Source: Fonticula alba ATCC 38817 (Eukaryota > Protista > Nucleariida). From it: DNA of 47,440 nucleotides. The position numbers were made by a program, and so were the translations under genes. The notes beneath the pieces are model-generated. The model worked only from the letters and a program-made list of their open reading frames with translations. It did not search any database and was not told the DNA's origin. Positions 24,653-36,300 of the stretch are shown one piece after another; the stretch's first letter is position 1, and every line of letters starts with the position of its first letter. The DNA lies in the NCBI GenBank assembly GCA_000388065.2, contig KB932201.1; one strand, 5' to 3'.

Positions 24653-25054
24653 GGCTGTTGGTGATGGTGGTGGTGGAGGTGGTGGTGGTGGTGGTGGGCA
24701 GCGTGGTGACCACTTGTCCCCGAGGAGCCGGGCCTGAGCTCGCCACTGGCCGAAGCGCTGCAGGTGGTCCCGTGCCCGGACCCCGGCGAGGCCGGGCACG
24801 AGGAGGACATCAGCAGGTGCGGCGATGCACAGCCAGAGCCCCGCTGAGAGGACCCGAGAGAGGCAATCAGCGAAAAGGGCGAGGGCGAGCATGCGCGCGA
24901 CCCGGCGGAGGAGGCAAGCGCCGACCCGGGCCCACTGGTCCGGCTGTCCCCCGGGTGGGGATGGTAGTAGTGGGGGTGGGGTGCCTGGGGCCCGGGTTGC
25001 GGGGCGATCATCACCACCTGCGGGCCGCCAGTGTGGGCCGGCGCCAGGGTCTGT

Positions 25055-25102
<48 letters not shown>

Positions 25103-25488
25103 TGTTGTGTCGAGGCATGATGTTGCAGAGGTCGCGTGTGGTGGGCCAGGCCCGGGCCGAGGGGCGAGCGGAAGGGAGCGAACTTGGCTGCCCCAGTGTC
25201 GGACGGAGCCGTTCCGGTGCTAAGACCGGCCTGGTGGCCGTAGTACTGGTCGACGTTGACGGCCGGCAGGTTGCGCAGGGTGGCGGCCACGGCATTGCCA
25301 TCGGACAGCTGGCGCTCCTCGAGGGACAGATCGCCGGCGAGGCCGAATTCCGGGACACCGGGCTCCGACAGAGGATCCCCCAAGTGGTGCAGGGCCAGCT
25401 TCAGTGCGGCCGGCGAGGGTGGGGATCCTTGTCGCATTGGAGCACGGCCAGGCTCGGCCTCGTCGTGAACCATGGCGTCTTGGGTCAT
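21169..25488 (-). CDS. Hypothetical low-complexity protein (polyQ/polyH/Ala-Gly-Ser-Pro rich), about 1439 aa, single coding exon
   Basis: A 4.3 kb uninterrupted frame from ATG 25488 (MTQDAMV) to the stop at 21169. The frame has (CAG)n and (CAC)n tracts and GC-rich third positions. Upstream of the ATG is a (CA)n, pyrimidine-rich, intron/UTR-like sequence. No domain recognised. Confidence 0.65.
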
Positions 25489-25516
25489 GCTGGCGGGGGA
25501 CGACGAAGGGTGCGTG

Positions 25517-25551
<35 letters not shown>

Positions 25552-27834
25552 AAGAACAGAGCCCGAGCGCTTTGCCACGAGCAGATGGCGCCGAGGAAGC
25601 CCGGGAGCGTGAGTGGCGTTAGTCAGACGTGTGGGCGGGCACAAGGACGCGGGCAAGGGCACATCGAATGGCCAGACGCGGGAAATCGCAGATCCAGCGC
25701 GGACGCGTACCAGAGTGTGAGGCTCAGAGCTCGAGACGAACAGGAGGTCGAGCGACGGGAGGGGAGCCGGCCTGGAAAGCCCAGTAACAAGTGGGGGAGG
25801 AAGGGACGCGGGGGTGCAGGGCAGCACCGTAAGTGGAGGGTGTAATTGCGAGGGAAGGCGTGTCTCTGTGGCCGAGTGGGCCAGGAGGGTGAGGGGGTGG
25901 ATCTTGGGACCTACCTCACAGAGGGGATGGCAAACGGTCTCCGCGGAGAACCCGGACGGAATGAGAGGCTGGAGGCGGGAAGTCGAGGCAGGAGGACCGC
26001 GCCTCTCGGGGAAGGAGAGGGACCCTGGTGGAGGATGCGGGTGGGGGAGGGAAAGAGAGAAGCGCAAAGAGGGGAGAAGGAGAGGGAGAGAGGGGAAGAG
26101 AAGAGAAGGGCACGGGCGGAAGGATGCGTGGAAGAAGGGGGGAGATCGGGGGTGATGGGCTGGCTGGCGTCCGGATGGGCCGAATGGCAGCCTGTTTTCA
26201 ATGGCCCGCATCCTCCTCCTGTCCCTGCCTTCCACTCGGCGAGGAGGCCGGAAGGGGATGGGGCGGATGGGGCGGGGGGGGGGGGGGGGGGGGGGGGGGG
26301 AAAAACACTGCACACCAAGCCGGACAAGCGGGCCCCGGGTGCCAGATGGCGCCGGGGCCGGGTGGGTGGCGATGTGCCCCATGCCCCGATCGAGTCTCGC
26401 CCCGTCCCATCATCCTTGCCCATCGTTCCGGCTGCACCGCCTCCTCGTCCCCGGGGGGGGGGGGGGGGGGGGGGGGGCCCCCCGCCCCCCCCGCCGATGC
26501 GTCCGCGCGGACGCGCTCCCACAGGGGGCCGCTTCTTAAGTGTGATCGATAAAGAACGTCGGTCAAACGCCGGATCGGCGGCAGGCTCGATGTGCCGCGG
26601 CCCCCGGCCCCGGCGCTTCGCCTCTATCCTTCGCCCGCTGGGGGCCGCCCACTCCGGGCCCGCTCTCGTGTGACTGCCCGCCCCGCCCCCTGGAGCCCCG
26701 GACCCAGGGGGGAGGGGGGGCGGGGGGCGGGGGGACCGACACGGCCCGACCCCCGGAAGGATGTCCGATGGGCTTCTCGGCCATGGTGCCAAAGAGAACG
26801 ACGGACCAGGGGCGGGGGGGGGGGGGCGAGGGAGATAGCGCCCGCCTTCCCGTCGGGTGCCTCTGCCGAGATCGCCCCCTGGCCTCTCGTCTTGGCCTCC
26901 GGGCTGCGACGGCGGGCGCGAGCGCGCCACTGCCTGGCCGGGGATAGCCCCTTGCGCCATTTTGCCCCGCGCGATCGCTCGCAGGGGCCCCGCCGGTGGC
27001 TGACCCGAGCCAGGTTCCCCGATCGGGGGCGGGGGAGTGGCCGCGGTGGCGGGGTATCTCACACCGGCCGAGAAGGCCGCCCGCCGGCCGAGGGCGAGTG
27101 CACCGGCGCGCGTCAACCGGCGCCGCCAGATAACCGGGTAACCGCGATCGCCGGTGGGTCACCCGCTTTCTAATCTCGGAATCTATTACATCCGCGTCCT
27201 GTCTCTTGTTCTTCGTCCCCAGGCTCCGCGCGCCGCTCGAATGGGAGGTCTCAGCCAGGGGGCTGGGGGGAGAAATGCAACCGGCTTGCCGGATGGAGCC
27301 GGGGGTACCGGGGCAGGCCGGCCTGCAACCGGCCAACGGCAGCAAGTGGATCGCGCCGCTGTTCCGACTGAAATGGAGAATAACAATAAAAAGAAAACAC
27401 CAGGCGCTCGGTTCCGGGTCCCATGCCCGCCGCGGGGGTAAGGGGCTGGCCGAGGCGCACCGGCCGCCGTGGTCGCGCCCCACGATTAGGAATCGAAGAG
27501 GGGGCGAGCGATGGGGCGTCAGCGTTCCCACAGGGCGGCATCTTGAGACGGCCAAGCGTTGGCCAGTTCCCCCCCCCCCCCCCCCCCGCTCCCCAGACGC
27601 CGGGCGTCGGCGGTTGGCATTCCACGTCGCGGACGCGCCCCGCCGGGATGCGCAGCCCCACTTGAGCCCCCGCGGACGCCGGACGCTTGGTCGAAAATTA
27701 CGTGGCTCTCGCGCGTCCCGTCTTCCCGTACGCCCCAACCCCGCTGGCCGGGAGAAGAGTCGAGCTGATGTCGGACACGGGCGGACCGCCCCCGACAGGC
27801 GCCTGGCTCCGCCCCCGCCCCCCCCCCCCCCCCC

Positions 27835-28741
27835 NNNNNNNNNNNNNNNNNNNNNNNNNNNNNNNNNNNNNNNNNNNNNNNNNNNNNNNNNNNNNNNNNN
27901 NNNNNNNNNNNNNNNNNNNNNNNNNNNNNNNNNNNNNNNNNNNNNNNNNNNNNNNNNNNNNNNNNNNNNNNNNNNNNNNNNNNNNNNNNNNNNNNNNNNN
28001 NNNNNNNNNNNNNNNNNNNNNNNNNNNNNNNNNNNNNNNNNNNNNNNNNNNNNNNNNNNNNNNNNNNNNNNNNNNNNNNNNNNNNNNNNNNNNNNNNNNN
28101 NNNNNNNNNNNNNNNNNNNNNNNNNNNNNNNNNNNNNNNNNNNNNNNNNNNNNNNNNNNNNNNNNNNNNNNNNNNNNNNNNNNNNNNNNNNNNNNNNNNN
28201 NNNNNNNNNNNNNNNNNNNNNNNNNNNNNNNNNNNNNNNNNNNNNNNNNNNNNNNNNNNNNNNNNNNNNNNNNNNNNNNNNNNNNNNNNNNNNNNNNNNN
28301 NNNNNNNNNNNNNNNNNNNNNNNNNNNNNNNNNNNNNNNNNNNNNNNNNNNNNNNNNNNNNNNNNNNNNNNNNNNNNNNNNNNNNNNNNNNNNNNNNNNN
28401 NNNNNNNNNNNNNNNNNNNNNNNNNNNNNNNNNNNNNNNNNNNNNNNNNNNNNNNNNNNNNNNNNNNNNNNNNNNNNNNNNNNNNNNNNNNNNNNNNNNN
28501 NNNNNNNNNNNNNNNNNNNNNNNNNNNNNNNNNNNNNNNNNNNNNNNNNNNNNNNNNNNNNNNNNNNNNNNNNNNNNNNNNNNNNNNNNNNNNNNNNNNN
28601 NNNNNNNNNNNNNNNNNNNNNNNNNNNNNNNNNNNNNNNNNNNNNNNNNNNNNNNNNNNNNNNNNNNNNNNNNNNNNNNNNNNNNNNNNNNNNNNNNNNN
28701 NNNNNNNNNNNNNNNNNNNNNNNNNNNNNNNNNNNNNNNNN
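27835..28741. other. Assembly gap (907 N)
   Basis: Run of N directly after a poly-C tract. Confidence 1.
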
Positions 28742-29232
28742 CTCTGCCCCCGCGCCTTCTTCCGGTCTGCCGTCTGTCCGAGGCACAGGATCTGCGAGGC
28801 AACACAGCAGTTAACACGAGCTGGCACATGCCGACACACATACAAACACCGCGGGAGATCCCTTTCGTTGCCTCTCCCGCGAACGAGCGGGAACACCCGC
28901 GCACGCGAGACCCAGGGCTGGCAACAGTCCATTTATTCTGGAACTCAAGGACAAAGCGGATTTGGAGAAAGAAAGACAGAGAGAGGCAGACAGAGTGGAC
29001 GTGCTCGCGCAGGCGGAATATGCCCGGCAGACATGCATACACACATGGCAGAGCAGGAAATGGGGAGAGGAGGGGAAGGGAGCGAGGGCAAGGGCGAGAA
29101 CGCGTAGCCCCCTTGCTTGGCTGGCCTGTATACGGGGGTGTCCATCACCAGCCAGCGGCAACATTCTAGTTGTGCCCCGAAAGCGTGCAAGACACGCACG
29201 ATGGGCGCGGGATGCCCCCCGGTCGCCCCTTC

Positions 29233-32200
29233 CTACGCGGGGGCGCTGCTGCCAGGGGATGCCGATTCGGAATCGGTCTGGCTGACGCCCTCGCCGGAGA
29301 GATCACTTGACTCCTGCTCCTCGGCCGCCACAGCATGCGCCGGCCAGTCGAGAGGGACAGAGGGCATGCCACCTGGCAGGGCATCCGCATCGTTGGCCGA
29401 GGCACTGTCATCCGGGCCGCCGGGCGGGCCTTCATCGCTCGAGACACGGGCCTCAGGATTGATCGAGTCGTTCCCCCCCCCGGAAGGGGTCTCGGCGAGC
29501 GGCTGATCGTCGGCCAAGGGGTGGTCCGTCACTTGGGCCACATGTCCCTCGGCCGGGGTGGGACTCGGGCCTCGGGCATCGTGCCCGGGGGTGCTCTGAG
29601 CACCAGCATCTCCAGGTCCAAAGTCCTCACCACGATCGGAGCCCTCGCCGGCGGGCAGGCCGGTGCCCGGGGAGTCCCCACAGCCAGTGTGAAGCTCATC
29701 TGCCGCACCTTCCGCCGTGGCAGCCGTCACCCGGGAAGCAGGGGCAAAAGGCCCGGGCGATGGGGGCTCTTGATGAGGGGCGGCGGCCACCACACTGACC
29801 GGAGCGGTCGCATTCAGGGGGGTCGACGGTGCTGGCAGGGTAACCTGAGCACCAACTGGTGCCGGGTCAGCTTCCGGGGACATGCGGATACTCTCAGCAG
29901 AAGTGGCCGCGACGGTGGCGCCGACCGTGGTCATGGGCAGGGCAAGGGCTCCGGCAGTTGGCGATGTTGGTTGGGGGTCCTCCCGGGCAGCAGTCGGTGC
30001 TGGCCCCGCCTGCCAATGTGCGGAGATGGTCGGAGAGCCTGTTGTGGATGGGGTCGAAGCCGGGGCCGGGGCGGCGACAGGGGCCGCGGCCGGAGCCCAC
30101 CGCCGACGAATGGCCGGAGCTCGATCATCGGCGACGCGGTCCGCTGCGGCTAGCACGACGCCCTCCAACCCAGCAGGGGCAGCCCTCCGACCGGGATCAG
30201 CTCCAGCGGCAGCGTCAACAGCCGGGGCGACTGGGGCAGCCGGGGCAGCAGCCGGGGCAGCAGCCGGGGCAGCGACAGGACCCTGGCGAGCGCCCGCACC
30301 AGCCCGCGCCCGGCCGGGACGTCCGGCATTCTGGGCGGGGTAATCATTGTCCGGCAGGAGTGCTGCCACAAAGTGCACCACAATCCGAGCCGCCGTACGG
30401 GCAATGTGTGCCACCAGAGGCTCCGGAGGAGGGATGGCCGCCCGAGCATCAGCCGCGCGGCGGGTCAGGTCTGAAGGGTCGGGCCGCGGACCACGCGCCG
30501 GAGCGGCCCGAGGCTCGGGGGCGGGGTGCCCCGGGTCGCGGCCATCCGTGCCGGGTTCATCATCGACGGCCACGGCAGCCTCAGCCACAGCGGCCTGAGC
30601 CGCAGCAGCCTCAGCCACGGCAGCCTCAGCGGCCGCGGCCGCGGCCTCGGCGTTCGCCCGGGCCGCTTCGCGCTCCCGCACCGGCCGGTCCAGCATGGCC
30701 GCCACCCGGCGAATGATCCACACCAGTGGCGAAAGGCCGCTGAGGGAGGGTGCGCATGCGCGCGCACACGAGCGCGAGGGGCCGAGGGCAATGTCAGTGC
30801 CAAGGAGGACACCGGCACGATGGCGGCGCGGGAAAAAAAAGAGGAGGAAGAGGCAGCGAAGGAAGAGGAGGAAGAAGGAGCGACGGCATGTCGGTACCCG
30901 ATCAGCCAGTACGGCTTGTAGGACACCATGTCCCAGGTGAAGTAGATGAGGGCCAGAGGGATGAGCAGCAGCAGCAGCTGCAACAGAAGTCCCGGTACAC
31001 GGATGTGGACTTGGACCTCGTGCACACGCGGCACATCCGGCGGGGCATGGCCTTCGGCAATCCGGTCCACCACTTCCTCCAGCAAATCCCCGACCCGGGC
31101 TTCCAGGATCTGGTTGCGGTTGCCGATGAACCGCAGCAGCTCGATCATCTCCACGCTGGCCTGCGGACTCTGGAGCAGAGCCACGCTCGGGTTCTCGACC
31201 AGCCCGGCAAGCGAGGGGAAGTGCTGACGGAGGATGTTCCGCCGGTCGGCGGCCATCTCGATGCGCCGGCGCCGGCGCCGGCGCCCGGTCCGGGCGTCGG
31301 CCAGAGGACCCGGCTCGCTGGCCGGGGCGTCCGACTCCTCGATGTCCGCCATATCCCCGCTGGGGCCATGCGAGTGCGAGTGCGAGTGCGAGTGCGAGTG
31401 GCTGTGCGAGTGCGAGTGCGAATGGCCGTGCGAGTGCGAGTGGCTGTGCGAGTGGCTGTGCGGATGGCCCATCAGATAGTGCGGCCGGTCCATGAAGGTG
31501 GCCATGCTACCGAAGTAGTATGGGCGCCGGCGGCGATAGGGTGTCCCGGAGGAGGGTGCCGCCATTTCCAGGGCATAAAGCGTGCCACTGTCGAGGGGGC
31601 AGGGAGGAGGAGGAGGAGGAGGAGGAGGAGGGGGGGCCAGAGAAGGATGGCCACACATATGTGAGACACGGAGCTCTGTTGGAGTGGGAGAGGGAGGAGG
31701 CGGAAGAGAGAACAGAGGGAGGAAGGCAAGCAGCTCGTACTTGACCATCACCACATTCAGCGGGTCCTGCTCGCCGATGGCCGGGATCGAGTCGTCAGCA
31801 GGGGTGACAGCCGGTGGGGGGACGGCCGGGGGCGAGTGAGGCGTCGACAGCGGGGCGGCCGCCTCGAGGGGCGGAGCGGCAGCGATGCCAGGGGCCTGGT
31901 CAATCGCGATGCTGGCCGATGGAAGAGCGCCGGACCCCGAGGAGGGCAAGGTGCTTGGGGGCCGACTGGCGGCATCGCCGGACACGAGACCACCAGTGTC
32001 GCCGGGAGTCGGGTCGCTGCTGGGGCTGGCGGCTGCCAGGCCTGGTGACCGGTCTTCCGTCGAAACAAGTGGGCTGGATTGGCCATCGCGAGAGGGGCTG
32101 CTCTTCAAGAAGCTATCGAGCCGGCAGGCGGCCGCCAGGAAGGTCGACGTCGGATCGCGGACATGCAGCTGCAGGGTCGGCGCGCCGACCGACAAGTTCA

Positions 32201-32887
32201 AGGTCGACTGGTGGACGTGCGACAGCAGACAGCCGAGCGGGCATCCGCGCGAGGGTTAGCCTAAGGGGACGGGCGAGACCGGCGGATAGTCCCCCCCCCC
32301 CCCCCCCCTCGCCCTTTGGGCACAGGAAAGAGAAGGACCACAGGACAGGGGGCCATGCAACGGACCTCGGAAATCGAATCGGCCACCATCTCCGAGTCCC
32401 GGAAGAGGCGGCCACCAAAGAGCAGCGTGGATCGTTCGGCCATCAACAGCAGGGAGTCCACCTGCTCCGAGGGGAGATCCTGCGCGACCAGGGCCCGGTT
32501 GAAGGGGACAATCACAAATACCGGGAAGGCTGATGGCGAGCCGCCCTCGGCCAGGTTGGCCGCGAAGGAGGACACCGCCAACAGGGCCTGCCGGCGCAGG
32601 TCCAAGGAGCTGGCATCGCGCGAGACCATGAAGCGCACGGTGAAGTCACTGGGAGCCGGGGGGGCCCCAAGGTCGGGCGAGGAGCCGCGGCTGGCGTCCG
32701 CCGACATGGCAGTGCCGTGGGCGTTTGGCGAGGTGAGGCCCCCCTCCACCGGGGAAGAGGGGGTGGTTTGCGCGGCGCCAATCACATAGCGGACCTTCAC
32801 CCGAGCAAAGGACCCAGGAAAGGCGGGAAGATCACCGGCGACCGATTGCGCCGGGCGAGCGCCGGCCGCGGTGTCACTGGCCGGCAT
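29233..32887 (-). CDS. HERP/HERPUD-like ER membrane protein with N-terminal ubiquitin-like domain
   Basis: Exons 32887-32366, 32207-31741, 31587-30898, 30739-29233 (1061 aa). The Ubl-like segment is [21 protein letters not shown]|[17 protein letters not shown]. It is followed by VVMVNGTLYAL, a hydrophobic segment [19 protein letters not shown], and [12 protein letters not shown], which resembles the HERPUD C-terminal FFASLLP motif. Family call is from remembered motifs only. Confidence 0.65.
31368..31466 (-). repeat. Coding hexanucleotide repeat (CACTCG)n encoding a His-Ser dipeptide tract
   Basis: 33 codons with His at every other position (17 His), inside exon 3 of the HERP-like gene. Confidence 0.9.
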
Positions 32888-33315
32888 TCTGGAGAACAGG
32901 AGGGGGGGGGGGAGGGGGAGGGGGGGAGGAGCGAGCCAGAAGCAGGGGAGGAGCGGCGGCGAGGGGGGGAGGGAAACTCGAGAGAAGGGGAGCCCAGAGA
33001 GTAAGGCAGGGGAGGGGGCGGGGGGGGCAGGATGGGATGCCCAGAGAAGGGCGAGGGCAAGGGCACCCGAGAGGAAGGATGTGGGGAGTGCGAGTTGGGA
33101 TGGGTGGCCTGCCCGGTCTCCAGCCTGGACGCTGCCCGTCCCGAAAAGGGGCGACACGATCGCCCGCCCAACTTGGCTAGGCTGGGCGAGGGCCGACCAA
33201 CCGGACTGGCGGTTTTAGTGTCTCGCCTTGGCCGGTGGGCCGCCGTCCAGTTGTCCACAAGGGAGGGATAACATAGGCTGGGCAGCCTGCCCCCGTCCAA
33301 GTCCTTCGGAGCATG

Positions 33316-33361
<46 letters not shown>

Positions 33362-33938
33362 GTGTCTCTTTGTTCTACCTCTTTCCTGTGCCCCCCCGCC
33401 CCCCCCCCCCCGTCCCCGGGCATCGCCAATCGAGCGGTGGTGACCCCCTGCCGGGTTGTTCTAGGGCATCCCCGGGCGGCGGCAACAGTAGCAGCAGCGG
33501 CTTCGGCCGCTACCCATTTGGGACACGGGCCGACACATTTACGCCGAAGAGTCAGCTGACTGTCACGAGACCCCAGCACTGCCGAATTTCCCGCGGCCCG
33601 CGGCCATCCCCGACCATCGGCCAGTGCGTGTGCGCGTCCGGGCGAGCAGGGGGCGCCCCATCGTCTGGGCCGCTTTGCTCCTCATGCGCGCTCTGTCTCC
33701 CTTCCCCAGCGCCCGCCCCCCACCCGCATGGTGGCAATCCGTGTGCGAGGCCCCCCCCCTCCCCCCCCCCGCGCCAGGCCACAAGCCAGCTAGTGGCCAA
33801 CAGGGACCGATCGGGAGCCGGGACGGCCCCGGCGACCAACGAACGGCGTTGCATCCCACCTCGCTCTCTGCCCCTTCTCGCGCGTCTTCATTCCGCTTGC
33901 CATCTCCTCCACCAGAGCACCCCCTTCCTTTCCTCTTT

Positions 33939-33987
<49 letters not shown>

Positions 33988-34048
33988 TTCTCTCCCCTCC
34001 TCCTCCCCCTTAGCCAACCGTCACTCCTGTCGACGCAAAAGCGCCACG
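32888..34048. promoter_or_regulatory. Divergent intergenic region between the HERP-like gene and PPIL2, containing (CT)n microsatellites
   Basis: Head-to-head ATGs are 1161 bp apart, with (CT)n tracts at about 33320-33358 and 33938-33985. Confidence 0.35.
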
Positions 34049-36265
34049 ATGGGCAAGTGGACCGACAAGAATTACATCACTGCCTCCGAGTGGCAGCGGG
34101 ACTTTCACGGCGCCAAGAAGCTCTCCTCGACCCGCGAGAGCGAGGCGGCCGAGCGGCCACTTCCCTTTGGCTGCTGTTCGCTGAGCTTGCGCCCGGTGGA
34201 CGGGATTCCGGCCAACACGGTGTGCACGCCACAGGGGGATATCTTCGAGCGTCGGTGCGTCTTCATCGTCAATCGAGCATCACCGGGTGGGGCAGAAACA
34301 ATGGCCTTGGCGCGCATGCGGGCGTGTGCGCGTGTGCGCGTGTGCGCCTGCTTGACACTCACCCCCTGTCTCCATTCATCCATCCATCCATCCATCCATC
34401 CATCCATCCATCCATCCATCCATCCATCCATCTCTCTTTCCCTATCTCTCGATCCTCCTTTCTTTCTCTCGCCCCCTCTCGCTCCCCTCTCTTCCCCCTC
34501 CCCTCGTTTGCCAGCCTCATCCTGCGATTCATTCGCCAGCATGGACGCAACCCCGTCTGTGGGAGCCCCCTGCATCCCAATCAGCTGCACCCGCTGAGCC
34601 TACACCGAGTGGCCCTGTCATCGGCCCCGTTGGCGGCCATCCAGACATCCACGTCGCAAGTGCGCGATGAGGGGGCCCGCATCGAGGGGGTTTTTGGTGA
34701 CCCGGTTGTGGAGAAGTCTTTCACCGCCGGGTCGACCATTGTGGCGGTGGTGTGCGGCCTGTCCGCCAGCTCCCCCTCTGGCGGTCGGTCCGAAAAGCAG
34801 CAAGTTCGCCGTGCCATGGAGGCGGCGGCGGCCGAGCTGGCCGCCGAGAAGGCCGCGATGGAGGGTGCTCCCGAAGGGGCCGCCCTGCCGGAGCGTGCCA
34901 CCGCCGCCACCTCGGCCTGGGCATATGATCGGGCTACGCTGGAGGATCTGTGCATTCGGAATAGCAGCTGGCGCGACCCGCAAACCGATCGGGCCTTCAC
35001 CCGCGGGGATATGGTGCTCCTGCAGCAGGGGTCCACGACGGCCAGCTACTCGGACGCGGCGGCTCGGCTGACTCGGGCCGCGCCGGTGGCCATGTCCCAC
35101 GGCGCCGGCTCTTCTGACGATTCGGATGACGAGCCGGCTCCTGAGCCTGCGCCTGTGGACATTCTCACGCGGAAGTTCCCGGCGCGCTTCTGGTGGCGCC
35201 AGGAGAAAGTTCCCTTCCAGTTGCTGATTGGTATGTTGTCTCTCGCTTTGTCTTTCCCTCTCTCCCTCTCTCCCTCTCTCCCTCTCCACCCTCTCCCCCT
35301 CTCCGCCCTCTCCTTCTCCCTCTCTCCCTCTCTCCCTCTCTCCCTCTCTCCCTCTCTCCCTCTCTCCCTCTGCCTTTGCCTGCTTGTCTGTCTGTCCCCC
35401 CTCTCCTCCTTTCTTCAAACTGCCTCTGCCTTATTACACTCCATCCTTGTTCATTGACCGCCCGTCGGTTCACTTGTGCCCCCCGCCCCCCTTCGCAAAG
35501 ATGACGATGATGACCCGGAGAGCGCCTTCATCAACAAGGCCATCATCCCGGAGAAGATTCGTGCGATCACCGCGCGCGACCGGGTGCTCCCGAGTGTTGG
35601 TTCGATTCCCGGCGGCAAGGTACGGCCGGGCGTCCTTCTGTCTTTCCCTCTTCCTTTTGTATTGTTGTTTCACTCGGCACATGGCAACTGTGTGCCAAGC
35701 TGACTCCCTGTACGCACCCGGTGCTGTTGCTGCTTCGGGGCGCTCCAGTCGGTCACCCCCTCCTTTGTCAAGCCCACAGACCACGGCCACACGGCGGCAC
35801 ACTTCACCACCGGTGGCCAGGGCGCCTCGCTGACGTCGACATCCGTCGCCCCTCAAACCGAGGAGGTCCGCGTTCACTGGAACGCCGACGACGTGATGTA
35901 CGACAAGATCCGTGATCCCGGGCTGGTTGATGTGCATGTCGAGGGCCATGGGGTCTTGCGCATCGAGCTCCTCGCGCGATATGCCCCGATGACCTGCCAC
36001 AATTTCATCCTCCTGGCCAAGGCCGGCAAGTATGATGGGGTTGGCTTCCACCGGTTGATCCGCAACTTCATGGTGCGTCCTATGGTTGTGGGGTTATGGC
36101 GTTTGTCCATGTGCTTGGGATCATCCATGACAGGCATCCTCCAGGATGTCCAATTCCGGGCCCGCGAGACCCCTTGCCTTGCGCTGTCGTCACTTCGCTT
36201 GCCTTTGCTTGTGGCGCCCTCTCCGCCATGTCTATGGGTCTCAGCCTGCCTGTGCTTTCGCACGT

Positions 36266-36300
<35 letters not shown>

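Noticed and set aside
26445-26495. G-run followed by C-run that could form a hairpin
   Set aside because: Adjacent G and C homopolymers are common here, and there are no covarying or family-specific features of a structured RNA.
26563-29107. Long ORFs of 360-790 aa around 26.5-29.1 kb
   Set aside because: Their length comes from reading through 907 Ns, and the flanks are low-complexity UTR-like sequence.
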